NCBI GenBank assembly: GCA_000708835.1
Contig: DF237246.1
Location: 1-64,000, forward strand
From: Klebsormidium nitens
Lineage: Eukaryota > Plantae > Klebsormidiophyceae
Direction: 5' to 3'
Length of the DNA stretch: 64,000 bases
Shown: positions 44,401 through 55,913 of the stretch, one piece after another
Layout of the letters: every line of letters begins with the position of its first letter
How positions within the stretch are numbered: position 1 is the stretch's first letter
The notes under the pieces: model-generated
Told to the model about the DNA's origin: nothing
The model's input: the letters and a program-made list of their open reading frames with translations, nothing else
Database searches by the model: none
Program-made: the position numbers and the translations under genes

Positions 44401-47400
44401 GAGATCACGGGGAGGGCCGCGAAAGTGCCGGGCAAGGTGTGGCTTTGCATGACGGTGCGCGCGGACAAGCTGCAGCGGCAGACGCCGGGTGAGGCTCCAA
44501 GAATGAAGGACATTTGATATAAAGTGCTTTCTGCACAAAACTGCAGGGATTTGAACAGTTGGAAGGGTTGGAGATGACCGAGCTCTAGTCTGCGTAAGCC
44601 TGTCATCTGTCAACAGACCCTCACATCCATCTGGATCAAATATCACATTCTGACCGGACCCTGGTCCGTCAGACCAGATCAGCAGGACAGGAAAAACCCA
44701 ACGATTCTTCAATAGGAGGAAGCTGGATCTGTATAGCAACAAGACGACTGCTTCACTTGGCAATCACGCGTCTTGGCGACCTCTAACGGCGAAATGAGTA
44801 CCTCGGAAGGTCGAATCACCAGCTCGCATGGTGGCAGAGCCAAGCCCGTTACAACGGGGGAGCAATTTCGCCACTTGACTGACCAGCCTTCGCATATTCT
44901 CAGGGCGAGACCCCGTGAACGACTGGAAGCTGCGCGTCAGCCCCGTCATCAGCCTGGAGAACGACCTCCCCGAGGGGGGCCAATTCACGGTGTACGAGAA
45001 GCCCCCCAGGGCTTCTTTGGAGCCCCGACAGAGCGGCGAAGTGGACAGCGGAAAGCAAGTCGGGATTCTCGCTGCGGACGTCCGGCGCCCGGTGTTCCTC
45101 AAGTGGGAGTTCGACGGCTGGCAGATGGATAAGGTGGGGCCACGTGGCTGCGACACGTCCCCAATGTCATTTAAGAGAGTTTTTGGAGTGATCAGAGGCT
45201 GTCTTACGCATGTTCGGTTGCCAGGGTGGGCGTGCTTGATTGTGTGAAGATGTGTTTATCCTCTGCCGTCTGCCCCAAAATCGTCGATTGTCGTGACCTT
45301 ACTCTGACGGCCCATATGCTTTGAGAAGGCACCCACTGCCAAATCACGATCTTACGACATCTTCTGCTGCTCAGCACTGGCGACGGGAAGAATGTAAAAC
45401 TTCCTTAAAGCTGACCTTGAAAACCTAAGAAAGTCGGGCCTCTTGAAAAAGCGTCGTATACGTACCTGGTTCTCTAAAGCTTACGGACAGGCTGAAAGCC
45501 ATTACGTTGTTCTGCAAAACGAGTGTGAATTGGATGACAGTCGATCTGCTTTGCTTTGCAGGACTCGGTCCTCATCTCTCATCCCGACAAGTCCCCTGAA
45601 AGGGTCCTCTCCTTGACGCATCTAGACACAAATAGGTAAGTCCTTTGACTCTGGATTGTTTTGCGGGTTCTACGTCTCTTCGCTGCTTTCACGGCTCACG
45701 GACACCACGTTTGGAGCAAAGACATCAGCAGAGCTATGAGATAGCGAACTCTGGACTGGCTCACATGTTGAAGCAGAGAGCGACGCCGCCGTTACATACT
45801 CCTCGCATTCGATATGATCAGAGGTTCTAGCTCTGGACAATTCGATTGTCGCATCACCAACTTGGAAGGCCTTTGGGGAGCTTCAAAGACCGCTTTCCCG
45901 GACCTGAAGCGGCTTCTGGAAACGTCAACTTCCGGAAGTGATACACGTCTCCGCAATTTCAGGCACCTCCGGTTGGGGCTCGACTTCCAACCGAGCGACG
46001 GCGAGCTCCCCCGGTTGATCCGGCTGTACGCGCCTTTCTGGCTGCAAGTGCGCCCGGGGCTCAAACTATCCATCCAGGTTGTCAAAGTCAGCGGCACTGT
46101 GGCCGCGGGAAAGGGCCGCGACCACTGGATCGGGCAGGCCATCGCCCGGGTGAACATCGCCAAGCGGATCGCCGAGCGGAAGGAGAACAAGCAGCAGGCG
46201 AAACAGAACCAGGTTGCCCCGGTAAGTGCCTGAGTTCGCCCGTTTTGGGTCCGACCGAGGCCTCAGAGCGCAGTATTTAGTATGTATCCGCCGGCGACGA
46301 TGCCAAATACATGGTACCATTGGCAAGTGGCTAGCAGTAGTCTTGGCAGAGTCGTCCTCTGAATGGTGCTATGTTCAAAAATTGGTCCCATAGTGGCGCA
46401 GTCTGACCCCTTGTTGGAGTGCCCTTTCCCAGATGTTCTGTGGAATGATCCAGGCAGAATTGAGCAGGTCGGCGACCCAGATATTCACTTTTCTCCATTG
46501 AAGTTTAAGCCTTAAAGTCTCCAGGGTATTTTGCCTGATTCTTGCCCGCCTTTCAGGCGGCGGAGGCTGCTGCAGACGTCTAAACAACCGGTCGCAGCCA
46601 TTCTCGCGAAAACTGATTTTAAAAAGTATTTCTGCAGGCCGACGTGGTGTCTTTCTCGCGGGTGGCCAAGGTGCTGGAAGACCTGGGCGACGTGGCGCCG
46701 TCCGAGCCCGTGCTGCTGTCCCGCGCTGCGGACGACAAGGCGGGACTGTGCGTCCGCATGGCAGGCTCGGACGCGGACTACGGACCCGCGCTAGCGCTCG
46801 CAGAATTGGAGGAGCATGCGGTGAGCGGTCGAAAGGGTACCGGAATATGTGGTTTTGAGGTTTTAGGGGTTGAGTGGAAAGAAGATGCAATGTACACGGA
46901 CCGGCTTATGGTGGCTTGAAAGCCGAGGAGTAGGTGGTGAGCTGTGCACTGGGTTTCAGGATTTTTGACAGCTGAGAAAGATACAGGAAAGAAAAAGCTG
47001 CAATACTGGCGCTGCCGGCAAAGTCGTGACGTCACGAATCATAGGCCTTGAAGGTCTGGATTTGAGCGGTGCCCCACATAAGACAACTTGGGGCTCCGAG
47101 AAGTTGCAACGAGATTTGCCACGAACCACACGGTTTTTGCCGCTCGATATGGACGGTTCGACCGATGTCTTCGCTCAACGATGGCTTGAAAAGCTCTGCA
47201 CTTCACACGCTTCTCATTTTGGCTGCCGCTTTTCGAAAATGACGAAGCTGTCTGACGTCTCCAAGAGTGTCGAAAGCGACCGGACGCTTTCGCCACACAC
47301 TGAGACCGTTGCGGACGTTATGGTCGCGTTCAATGATCTGCGGACGCTTGTCTTTGCGTGCAGGCGGACCGCGTGGAGATGATGGCCCGCGGCAGCGACG

Positions 47401-50400
47401 GCTCGTACATGAACGTCATGGTGGGCATCGAGAGCTGCCCGCTCAAGATCGAGACGACCAGGGTGAGGACGCACAGTCTCAACATACTTTGCTTTTGCAG
47501 GAGCGTAAAAAAGATGTGCATTGCAGGAACCTTGAAAAAGATGTGCTTTGCAGGAGCCTAAGAAACGTTGCGCTTTGCAGGAGCCTAAGAACAAATGCTC
47601 ATTGGTGCTGGAAGATCGTGGCGAGAACGTCGTTATGCCATGTGCCCTCTTGTTTCTGTTCAAGGCGTCGTTTGGGAGCCAGATGGCTTCAGGTTCCGAA
47701 GCGACGTCTTGGAGTCGCTAGCAAGGCTGCTTTGAAAAAGATGCTTGAAAGCAACTTTCAAGTCAGCCTAGGATGTCTCTTTTGGTTCTTAATCCTCGTT
47801 TGAGCAGGGCTATTGTCTGCGTAACAAATCCTCCCTATCTGTGCAGGTCATCATGTTGCAGCCGCACACGCTCCTCTCGAACCAATACGGCGATACGATC
47901 ACGTTCCGGCAAGAGGGGACTGACAAGGAGCTTAAGCTAGACGTCGAGGCCGCCGCCGTGCCGCTGATTTGGACGTCAACAGAACATCCCGAGCGGATGG
48001 AGGTTGGTCAATAAAACCCTCACGGCTGTACTAGGATCGAAACTCGACCAAGCTTCGTAGCTTTTCTTGGTCGAAACATCAAGGAAAGCCGGCGGATGTA
48101 GCGCGCATGATGTGCGTTTGCCATACTTGTTCGCCTCTTTTCCCGAAATTGGAGGTCACTGGTAGAGCGAGCGTGACGGTCATGGGTAGAGCGAGCGACT
48201 AGAATTCTCGTCAAAAACAGTTGGTACGGCGACATCTTTGGGACCCCCGGCTTTTTCATCAAGGAAGCGGTACTTGAAACTGAGCAGTGTCCCACTTGTT
48301 CATTCTCTCTTCTCGATCTCTTTGCAGTTTCTTCCTGAGTTCCCAAGAGTTGTAGTCGCTCCAGACGAACATGGGCACAAAGAACCGTTCAGCCAAAATG
48401 GAATTTAAAGCCAATTACGAATTTGGGTCCTTTTGCAGGTCCGGGTAGGCGACCTTCCCTGGAGTCGCCCCTTCCGCACTGACGAAGACGGCACGCTCAC
48501 GGTTCTCATGGGCGACCTGACCCACCCCCTGCTGCCGCGCCTTCTGCGCATCGAGATCCGCACTGTCTTAGAAGAAGCGCGTTTCCTGGTCACTTTCCGT
48601 CGCCCCCCGATTCACCCCCCCTACCGCCTCGAGAACCGCTCGGGGAATTGCGTTCTGGAGTATCGTCAAGGGGGGTTGCCTGATGAGGCGCAATGGGCCG
48701 CGCTGGACCCCCACTCGGCGGCGGCGTTCGTTTGGCAAGATAAGGTGCAGGAGGAGAAGCGACTGGAGGTGCGGGCGCGCGTGGGGGGAGTACTGGGCGA
48801 GCCGCAGAGCTATGACCTGGAGCGGCTTGGGAGGCTGGACAGCCTGCCAGTGCCAGGTGCGTTGAAGTTGAAACCGTCCTTCTACTTTTTAGTCGTGTGT
48901 CTTTCGTAAATCGTTCCTGTGCTTCAATTGTGTCCTTTCGAATGCTGCTGTTTCCGTTCCGATAGCGCCAAAGAGCGATGGAGTCTTTCTGGGCTGCAAT
49001 CTCACAGCCACCACCGAAATATGGTGAGACCTAGTTGCGAGCCGGTTCTTTCAAGCGACCAGAATGGCAAGCGCAGAACCCACTCTGGTGGACCCCTTAA
49101 TTCTTCTTTAATATACACTATTCGCAGCGATGCTCATCTTCAAGAAGGAATACGAAAGAGACAGAGTCCTTTGCCAACGGCAAGTTTCGTACGGTGGTCT
49201 ATCGGAACGACGCTCGTGCTTCTGTCTTCCCTTCGAATATCCAGGAAACGGAGGACAAGAAGGACTGACCTAGTTGCGCGTAAATTTTCAGGCAGTGGCA
49301 CCGCCGGCGGTCCGCCCCAGCTGGAAGCGTTCCTCTACGTGGAAGGCCCGGAGCGTGTGCTGCGCTTTGTTGTCCCGGAAGGCGACCGCCAGGTGGTGAC
49401 CCGCAACAGCGGCGCCGGGAAAGTAGGCGAGCTGGCCTCCGACTGGGTGGGGGCCACGCCGGAGGACTCGCTCGGAACCTCGCAGGTGAGCCATATGTTC
49501 AAGATCGAAAACCTTGAGTAGGTAAGCCAAACTCATTGTGAGAATTTGAGTGTTGAGCTTTTGGCTACGTGAATTGTCGGGGTCGTCGGATCCATGTAAT
49601 TCTGTTCCTTCAAGTTTTGAAGACTTTGGGACTGTGGGGTGGTAAATTTGTTGAGCTCACAAGGCTTCCGTTCCTCTGGCCTGAACTTCATTACTCCATT
49701 AGTATTGCTATAATACCAAGGTCTCTCGCTTCAGTGATGGGGGAGTGTTAGCCAGTAAGGAAGCTCACTTCAGTGATGCCTGGAAAAAACCTGTTTTGCC
49801 CCCAAACTGGACCCTACTTCGGATTACTAACGTTCTTCTTTTTTGCCAAAGGCCTTGCACTATGTGAGCTTCTTCCCTTAGTTTAAGTGGAGAATGAGCT
49901 TCGTCAGCAACGTTCAAATGGCGCATCTGCAATGGCGTTTTCTAAGCCGCAAACTTTATTTCTTTACCGGTATAGCATGACTCAGCCCCAAAATAGAATC
50001 GGGCTTCTCAAAAACCATATTTTGACCCGCAGGCGAGCGCCCACTTGCTTGACGTCAGCGTGGACGTCCCGGAGCTGGGCCTGTCCGTGATCGACCACGT
50101 GCCCCAGGAGCTGCTGTACTGCCACGTGGCAAGCCTGCAGCTGGGCTATACCACAGGGCTCGGGAAGGGCGTTACACGCACGCGGCTGCAGCTGCGCCAC
50201 TTCCAGGTCAGTATCTTTCAGTTTAGGATCTTTTGCAGTTCCGCTCAGCAGATAGTCGAGTTTGAGCCTTTTAAAAGCTTCTGAGATCAAGGAGGCCATA
50301 GAAAGATGATTTGGCCATGGTATCGAACCGCCTGCGAGCTCCTGAGACGAAAGTGAGCTATTTTGGAGACCCGAGCACTTGCGCTGAAAGGTGAAACTTG

Positions 50401-53400
50401 ACCGCTAATGGGCAGGGACTTAGGTCATTCCTGAATTATGTGCTGCGCATAAGGCTGGCCGCGTCTTCTTGGTTTGGAGTGTGGAGAAGCTCTTAACGGT
50501 TGCCACGCTTTTCCCCTTCGAAGAAAGAAGGCAAAAGGAGAAACGTTCTCCTTTCCACCGAACTGGCGCAGCAGGCTACGATCCACTACATGAAGTATTT
50601 CCAAGGAGCAAGACCTTTGTGAGAGAGAGCGCTTTGGTACATCATAGAAACGAATTTCAATTCAATGGTTCGGCTGTCTCAATCTGTTCGTGTTGCTGCT
50701 CACCGCCAGGTCGACAACCAGTTGCCCTGGTCGCCTCTTCCGGTCCTCCTCGCCCCGGAGCCGGAGGACGCACACTCGGGCACTCCCCCCAGTTGGGTCC
50801 TCCAAGTAACCATCATCTCCAAAGAAGAGCCCGGCCACACCGCGCAAGAGTACCCCTACATCGGTCTCCACACCCCCGACATCGCCTGGAACATCGCCAT
50901 CCACGAACCGATCGTCTGGCGGCTGCTCGACTTCTACGAGAAGCTAGGGCTGGACCGCCTGGGGGGATCCCCCGAGCCCGGCCAGCAGCAGGCGGCGACC
51001 GTTGATCCGTACATTGGGGTTCATCTGCTCGACTTTAGTGAGCACCGGTTGAAGCTGACGACCGAAATGGCGCCCGGACAGCGTCCCCCGGGCGCGCTCG
51101 GCGTGTGGGGCCCGCTGCTGACGGCGCTCGGGAACACGAACGCGATGCACCTGGTGTTCCACGCGGTCGTCCGGGAGAACTTGTTCATGCGCCGCTCCGA
51201 GTTCGTGAACGCCATGATCGCCCACGTGGCGCGGGACCTTCTCTCCCAGGTGGGCAACTGGAGGACGTCAGCAAACAAATGCTTATCTTTTCGAGTTTTT
51301 CGACACTTTCTGTGTTTCGACAAAGGCTCTGCACTGGCGCAGCTTATAAACCGAAGCTTTGAAAGACGCGCTAACTTTGGGCCCGCTTCTGTCAAGTTCC
51401 GTCTACTTTTGCCGCTTGAAAGTTTGCAGTGACTGCAAGCGCGAGCTGTGCACGGTGGGATTCCTCAGGAGAACGGATCCCAGAAGTCGTCGTGAAGGTC
51501 TGCTTGGATCCTCGATATGAATCGACTCGGCCTTCAGTCATTTTGCATCCTGGAAATGCCAGGGACCTAACCTTCATAATGAAAGCATTGGAGCCCAGAC
51601 CCTCGAATTCACGTTTTGCAATCCCAATCCTTATGTTTCCAATCGCAGCCCCTTCGTCTCCTCACCGGCGTTGACGTTCTGGGCAACACCAGCAGCACGC
51701 TCGGTCAGGCGGGCCGCATCCTTGCGGACGCTTCCATGGACCGCGTCTTCGTCCGGCGCCGCAACCGGGCGGAGCGCATGAGCAACGTGGAAGGCTTGGG
51801 GTCCGGTATTAAGGAAGGCGCGCGCGCACTTGGGCGAGCGCTGGCCCGGGGCATCTACGGCACCGTCGCGAGGCCGGTCCAGGTGAGGGGGTTGTAAACC
51901 CAGGACAACCGTTTGAGTTGCTCCTTTTGCTGCATCTGAAGCTCTGCTGAGGTAAGGCTCCTGCATTACACCTTAAGAAGGGGAGGGTTTTGACTTAACG
52001 ACTGGCGGCGCTCGAAAAAGTCAAAGAAATTCTAAGGAAGTCTGTCGACAAGGATTAGAAGTGTTCTGCTTTGCCAACTGCGGCCCTCGTTTCGCACGTC
52101 TTCTTGCTGCGCTTAGTTACTCTGTCCCGTCTCACCGTCCCTCTTGAAGGGGGCGTCGTGTGACACGTAACGCCTCGGCGACCGCATAGCCCGTTTGCCC
52201 GCATTCCGGGTCGCTGAATCCGGTACCACGTGATAGAATCCTTGGCAGCACAAGGGCAGCATATTTTGCAGAGGGGCCGCCGCGGAAGCATGTGGTTAGA
52301 CGCCTTCTTGACGCTGCTGCAGTCTTCGTAAACGCTTGACATGCATTGCGTTCATCTTTGTACAGGGCGCGTCCCGCGACGGTTTGGAGGGCTTCAGCCA
52401 GGGCTGCCTGCAGGGCTTCGTGGGCTGTCTCCTGCTGCCCGCGTCCGGATGTCTTGACTTAGCGTCCAAAACCACGGACGGCATCGATACGACTTGGGTC
52501 AAGCTCCTGAGCGGGAACAAGGGCAAACAGCGCGTGCGGCTGCCACGTGCCTTCACGGCGGACGGGGTGCTGCGGCCGTACGACGAGGAGCAGGCACGGG
52601 GCCAGGTGAGGACCGGATTCTGCGTTTGATTCTGGTCTAGTCAAGACCGTTCCGCGAAGTGTCCTGTATTGGTTGAGCCAGCAACCAGTTTACTTCCAGG
52701 GGAGCAGTGTTCAACTTGCTACTCTTTGTAGCGGTGGAGGATCATCCAAGCATCCGGTGGAAATCAGAAACTGCACCTTAATTAGTAAACGGTGCGCTCC
52801 TTCCAAAATGGTGGCCAAGAGTTGGGCATCCCAGATGTTGCCAGAGATCCGACATTGATGCGGAAAGCCTGAAATCCAAACCGGAAAACAAATAGTGACG
52901 GCCTCACACGTCCATTCACATTCTGGAGGTGTGAAAGGCGCCCGACTTACAGATGTCCAGCAAACCCGTTAAGTTAGGTCAGGAAATCTGAGAGTCCTCA
53001 GGCCCTCACATTTTGCTACTTTCCTTTGCAGGCGGTCCTCCACGCGGTCCAGTTGAAGCACAAGGTGGCCCTCACCGACTTCTACGAGGCCCACTTTTGG
53101 CTGGTCAAGCAGCGGACGCTGATCCTCACCAACCACCGGATGCTGCTGGTACAGGTCAGGCTTCTAATACTCCTACTTTTTCCCCAGAGAACTATTGGAT
53201 CCAAGCAAGGACCCCTATGGTCCCAAAAACTGGCGGAAGATGTTTGAAATTGACGATCTTGTGAAATAAGCTTCACGAAGCTTTTGCCCGTGCTTCTGTC
53301 GTCAACAATGTGTCTTCCTGTGAACTTCTTTGGAGACCTATTTTATTAAATTACGATCACTCAGACGGCTTTGTTTCCCCCAGGGCGACACCGTTCTGTG

Positions 53401-55913
53401 GACCGTCACCTGGGACGAGTACCTGGCGCTTGAGCTGGCTGACGTCGGCCCGGACGTCAGCACCAGGCCGCCTCGGGTGATCGTCCACCTGCGGCATTGG
53501 CAGCACGCGCGGTCGGTCTTCGAAAGGAAGGCGCTCATGCGGAGCATCCGGTGCCAGCCTGGCACCTCCCAGGCCCGCCACGTGTACGCTGCGATAAAGA
53601 GGGCGCATGCCAAATTTGGGCCGCAGGAGAAGGAAGCCGTAACGGGGATCGGGGTGAGCTTGCGAACAGAGGCCCCAAAAAAACTTCACGTGTTCTCTTG
53701 AAGCGAATAGGAGGTCAGCGCTATTCTGGAATGATGAGAAGCGAAGATTGTGGGCAAAAAGCTAAATGTGAGGCTTCAAGGGTATTTGGGTTCCTCCTTC
53801 GTGCAATTTTGAGCGAAACTAGTAGAGAAGAGGAACGAAGACTCTTTAAAAATCTGTAGTCCGCGCTAACTGTGTTGCAGCTAAAACTGCGCAGTCTCAA
53901 AGGGGCTGTAGCGATGGGTATCGGAAAAGTCTGCGGTGAACAGACTCAACGCTTTCATTTGACGTTTTTCCAACTCGAGCACGCCAAGATGAAATCAGAG
54001 CGTCTCACAAGTTGCCTACAGAGAAAGAAAATCTAATCCTCTCTCCCCGCTCCCCCCGCAGCTCACGCACCGCCGCCGTCCTCTTTACCGCGCCGGCAAG
54101 TCGGGCCTGCGCATGATCCCCGACCTGGACAAGGAGGAGCCGCGCCGCGCGCCGCTGGAAATCACGGCGGGTCCGTCGGAGAGTGCCACGAAGACCCCTG
54201 TCGAGCACTTCGAGCTGTGAGTAGAATCAACTGTCCATTGAGATTGACACACCTTGTTTTGCTGGAGCTGCAGGATGAGCGTTCCTCCAGAGGGTTTAGT
54301 GCTCATTGTCTTGAGCCTTCGCGCTCTGTTTGTCTTTGTGAACAGCTATGAAGTTGAGTTTCGAAGGTGCGACAGTGTGCTTTTCTCTCTGGCAATCGAC
54401 CGCGTTCCGTTCTCCTCCCTCCAGCACCGTATGGGTCTTTCCGCTTCCCTGGTGGAGGAGAAGCGCTTGTGCAAATTACTGCGCGTCGCAAAATCTTCTG
54501 AACCGCATGTTCAAACTCCAATCAAACTTCGACGATTGACAGCACACACATGCAGCGTGCTAAACATCCAAAGCAGCCGCTCGGTTCTCTCCTGGAACCC
54601 CGCCTGAATACCCTGTTGTACCTCTTTCCGCAGCATTTGGTGGAACAAAGACGCCCAGGAGGCAGGCGCGGCGCTGGGATGCCTCCCCTGCTGCAGCGGC
54701 CCGCAACCGCTCTCCCACAACGCCGGGCCGGTGGCCATCTGGCGACCCGTGCCTCCCCCCGGGTGAGCATCCGCAATTTAAGATATAAGATCCACACGTC
54801 GCCTTGCTGCTTTTGTCCCTGCTCACCGGCAGAGGGAAAGTCGGTCTTTGCGCCTTGAAGTTGTACCTATCTTAAGGCGCTGGGTTTCGCTTTTGAAGTT
54901 GGTCGCAATTGGATGTTTTTTAGATGAGGAGTTGCGCTGCATTGCATTTCGTGCTGAGGTTACCAAACCCTCTTGGACCGAAGTACAACCAATCATGCTC
55001 GCATTGTCTCGTCTACGGAAAAGACGCACTTCATTGCGCTCTGCAACTGGCCGAACTTGTTGTAGCCTCTTTCCTTTATAAGAACGCCCGATCTAATCTG
55101 CAGATATGTCACGCTGGGCAACGTTCTGACTCGTGACTTCGACCCCCCGGGCTCGGTTCCCGCCTACCGGGACGATCACGGCCGGGAGACGCCCCTCTTT
55201 GCTGCTCCGACCGAATATGACCTGGTAAGAAGAGCGCCTTTGGGACGCCTTTGGTTAAACTTCATTATCCTGGCTCGGAATACTCATCGTAGTTGGACAA
55301 CTCGACAATCACGTGCTCGAGGTATTTAAAACGAAGTAGCCAGACCTCTCAGGCAAACAACTTTGCTTCACTGGCAAAGTGTCCGACCGACGACTGCTCG
55401 TCGGATTCTAGCAATCGTACAATGCTTTGGGGGCCAGGTCTTCCGGAAGTAACGTAGGGACATACTGCATGCTGGTAGGAAAAAGTTGTTGCTTGCGACT
55501 CCGCCCTCTCATGCGGGTTCTAAGAACCTCACATGCGCATAACGCCAACGAAACAAGGCTCAACAAGGATTGTGATCTCTGTGTCCCTGCAGATCTACCG
55601 TGACGTCGGGACTCCCGGCTACACCCCGCTCACCCTGTGGGCGCCTCGGGCGCCGGAGGGATACGTCCCTGGAGGCCACGTGGCGGTTGCCGGTTGGGAG
55701 GAACCGCCAAGGGACTTCGCCACGTGTATCCACAGCGAAGCGGCCGAACCGGTCTCTGTCAACGGAAGCAATCCGATATGGCAGCCGAGCCGCGAGCTGG
55801 CGTCCCTATGGCCGTGCAATGTGTGGGGAACCGACAGCCCAGGAAACACCTTCATCGCCCACAGAGGGCAAGACCCTCCGCCACCCGCGCGCTTATATAA
55901 GCTTCGAGAGTGA
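17411..55913 (+). CDS. VPS13: VPS13 family bridge-like lipid transfer protein, plant VPS13M type (At1g48090/At4g17140-like), 54 exons, about 4,798 aa
   Basis: The N-terminus MVFEAQLVSVLQRYLGTYVHGLSREALSVSVWKGDVELRNLKLRAEALNALDLPISVKAGFLGSITLKVPW is a chorein-N domain. Exons: 17411-17448, 18296-18383, 19104-19260, 19833-19960, 20464-20564, 21044-21161, 21537-21717, 22162-22319, 22626-22786, 23331-23606, 24034-24370, 24875-25087, 25503-25694, 26128-26430, 26881-27084, 27521-27763, 28155-30527, 30945-31394, 32023-32658, 33186-33416, 33893-33996, 34359-34515, 35359-35494, 35800-35893, 36273-36575, 36980-37239, 37582-37744, 38197-38518, 38952-39110, 39538-39701, 40426-40609, 41169-41486, 41716-42324, 42702-42956, 43432-43797, 44194-44488, 44904-45133, 45562-45635, 45963-46221, 46638-46820, 47364-47462, 47847-48002, 48439-48856, 49292-49485, 50033-50206, 50710-51249, 51649-51882, 52366-52605, 53032-53154, 53384-53653, 54062-54216, 54634-54762, 55104-55224, 55593-55913. 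The total is 14,397 nt, every junction is phase-consistent, and the frame ends in TGA. Extra phase-neutral micro-exons cannot be excluded. Confidence 0.95.
27521..28250 (+). CDS. VPS13: VPS13 internal PH domain (exon 16 and start of exon 17)
   Basis: GPVHVLRWEGLTRTQATWKPAWGLLAGVYLYLLDHKDADTYMHYTGLIGKQVRDVPP...ATNAVVLRFDSEARKEQWKAAMQNAVY has the PH fold pattern (WxxxW strands, C-terminal helix with conserved W). Confidence 0.75.
28155..30527 (+). CDS. VPS13: VPS13 exon 17 (791 codons) with acidic low-complexity inserts and FFAT-like motifs
   Basis: Open frame within ORF 28218-30671, acceptor ctcag| at 28154 and donor cag|gtgagc at 30527. Contains FFNRPTVLALMDF and IQLDVQMESPVILMP, which are VPS13 RBG-repeat-like. 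Confidence 0.92.
31819..32000. mobile_element. MITE-like foldback element (about 180 bp, imperfect terminal inverted repeats, TATA at both ends) in VPS13 intron 18
   Basis: Left arm 31819-31851 tatagtttaggtaggttagtg-ctaggtgggata vs reverse complement of 31967-32000 tatactttaggtaagatagtgtctaggtaggata gives 29/34 identical columns. Inner pairing continues (cgggggac 31863-31870 with gtctcccg 31948-31955). Confidence 0.6.
33454..33585. repeat. 41-bp minisatellite, about 3 copies, in VPS13 intron 20
   Basis: Units start at 33454, 33495 and 33536: tttcgtctcctgctgg....atgtcacgttgtcggatgc. Confidence 0.9.
35800..38518 (+). CDS. VPS13: VPS13 central Vps62-like (beta-tripod) repeats
   Basis: Repeated (S/A)(V/I)W(R/W)PxxPxGYxxLG motifs: SVWRPRVPPGYASLGDC, SIWRPVAPPGYVTLGY, SIWRPVPPAGSAIFGD, SIWWPRAPPGYHALGC. 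Confidence 0.8.
40216..40308 (+). repeat. Degenerate intronic copy of the 5' half of VPS13 exon 31 (pseudo-exon)
   Basis: tgcgaataacgtgaagcaaccttcggagctgtccttcccgggggtcaccc vs exon tgcgagtacgtgaacgacccgtcggagctgtccctcccgggcgtcaccc. It is preceded by a T-tract but has no AG. Confidence 0.85.
40555..40845 (+). repeat. Tandem triplication of the VPS13 exon 31/intron 31 junction (105- and about 126-nt periods)
   Basis: gacgcagatggaggagga(c/g)gcaaag(a/g)aggaggg(c/g)ca(g/a)aag occurs three times, ending at 40609, 40714 and about 40840. The following intron sequence is also repeated (gtgagtgccaacagttctttgggagtgagggtttt vs gtgaagcaccaatcctctttgcgagtgaagggttt). Confidence 0.92.
41716..43797 (+). CDS. 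VPS13: VPS13 C2 domain followed by a dysferlin/Pex24-like domain
   Basis: C2-like ARTRCV...VRWDEVFVFELP...DLVVTNQGANGGRGAVVG. Dysferlin motifs EEEIFENER...GW and LPPGWEWAGDWQLD...DYEGWAYA...VRRRRWVRVRRR. Confidence 0.8.
47491..47596. repeat. 26-27-bp minisatellite x4 in VPS13 intron 41, each unit containing ttgcag|g
   Basis: The AGs end at 47500, 47526, 47553 and 47580. Confidence 0.88.
50033..55913 (+). CDS. VPS13: VPS13 C-terminal region: APT1/ATG2_C, PH-like and terminal beta-tripod
   Basis: DVPELGLSVIDHVPQELLY, QVDNQLPWSPLPVLL, GARALGRALARGIYGTVARPVQGASRDGLEGF, RVRLPRAFTADGVLRPYD, then AIWRPVPPPGYVTLG and LWAPRAPEGYVPGG. Confidence 0.85.

Noticed and set aside
44649-44673. Small bulged hairpin tctgaccggacc-ct-ggtccgtcaga
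   Set aside because: It is short and isolated, with no supporting context.
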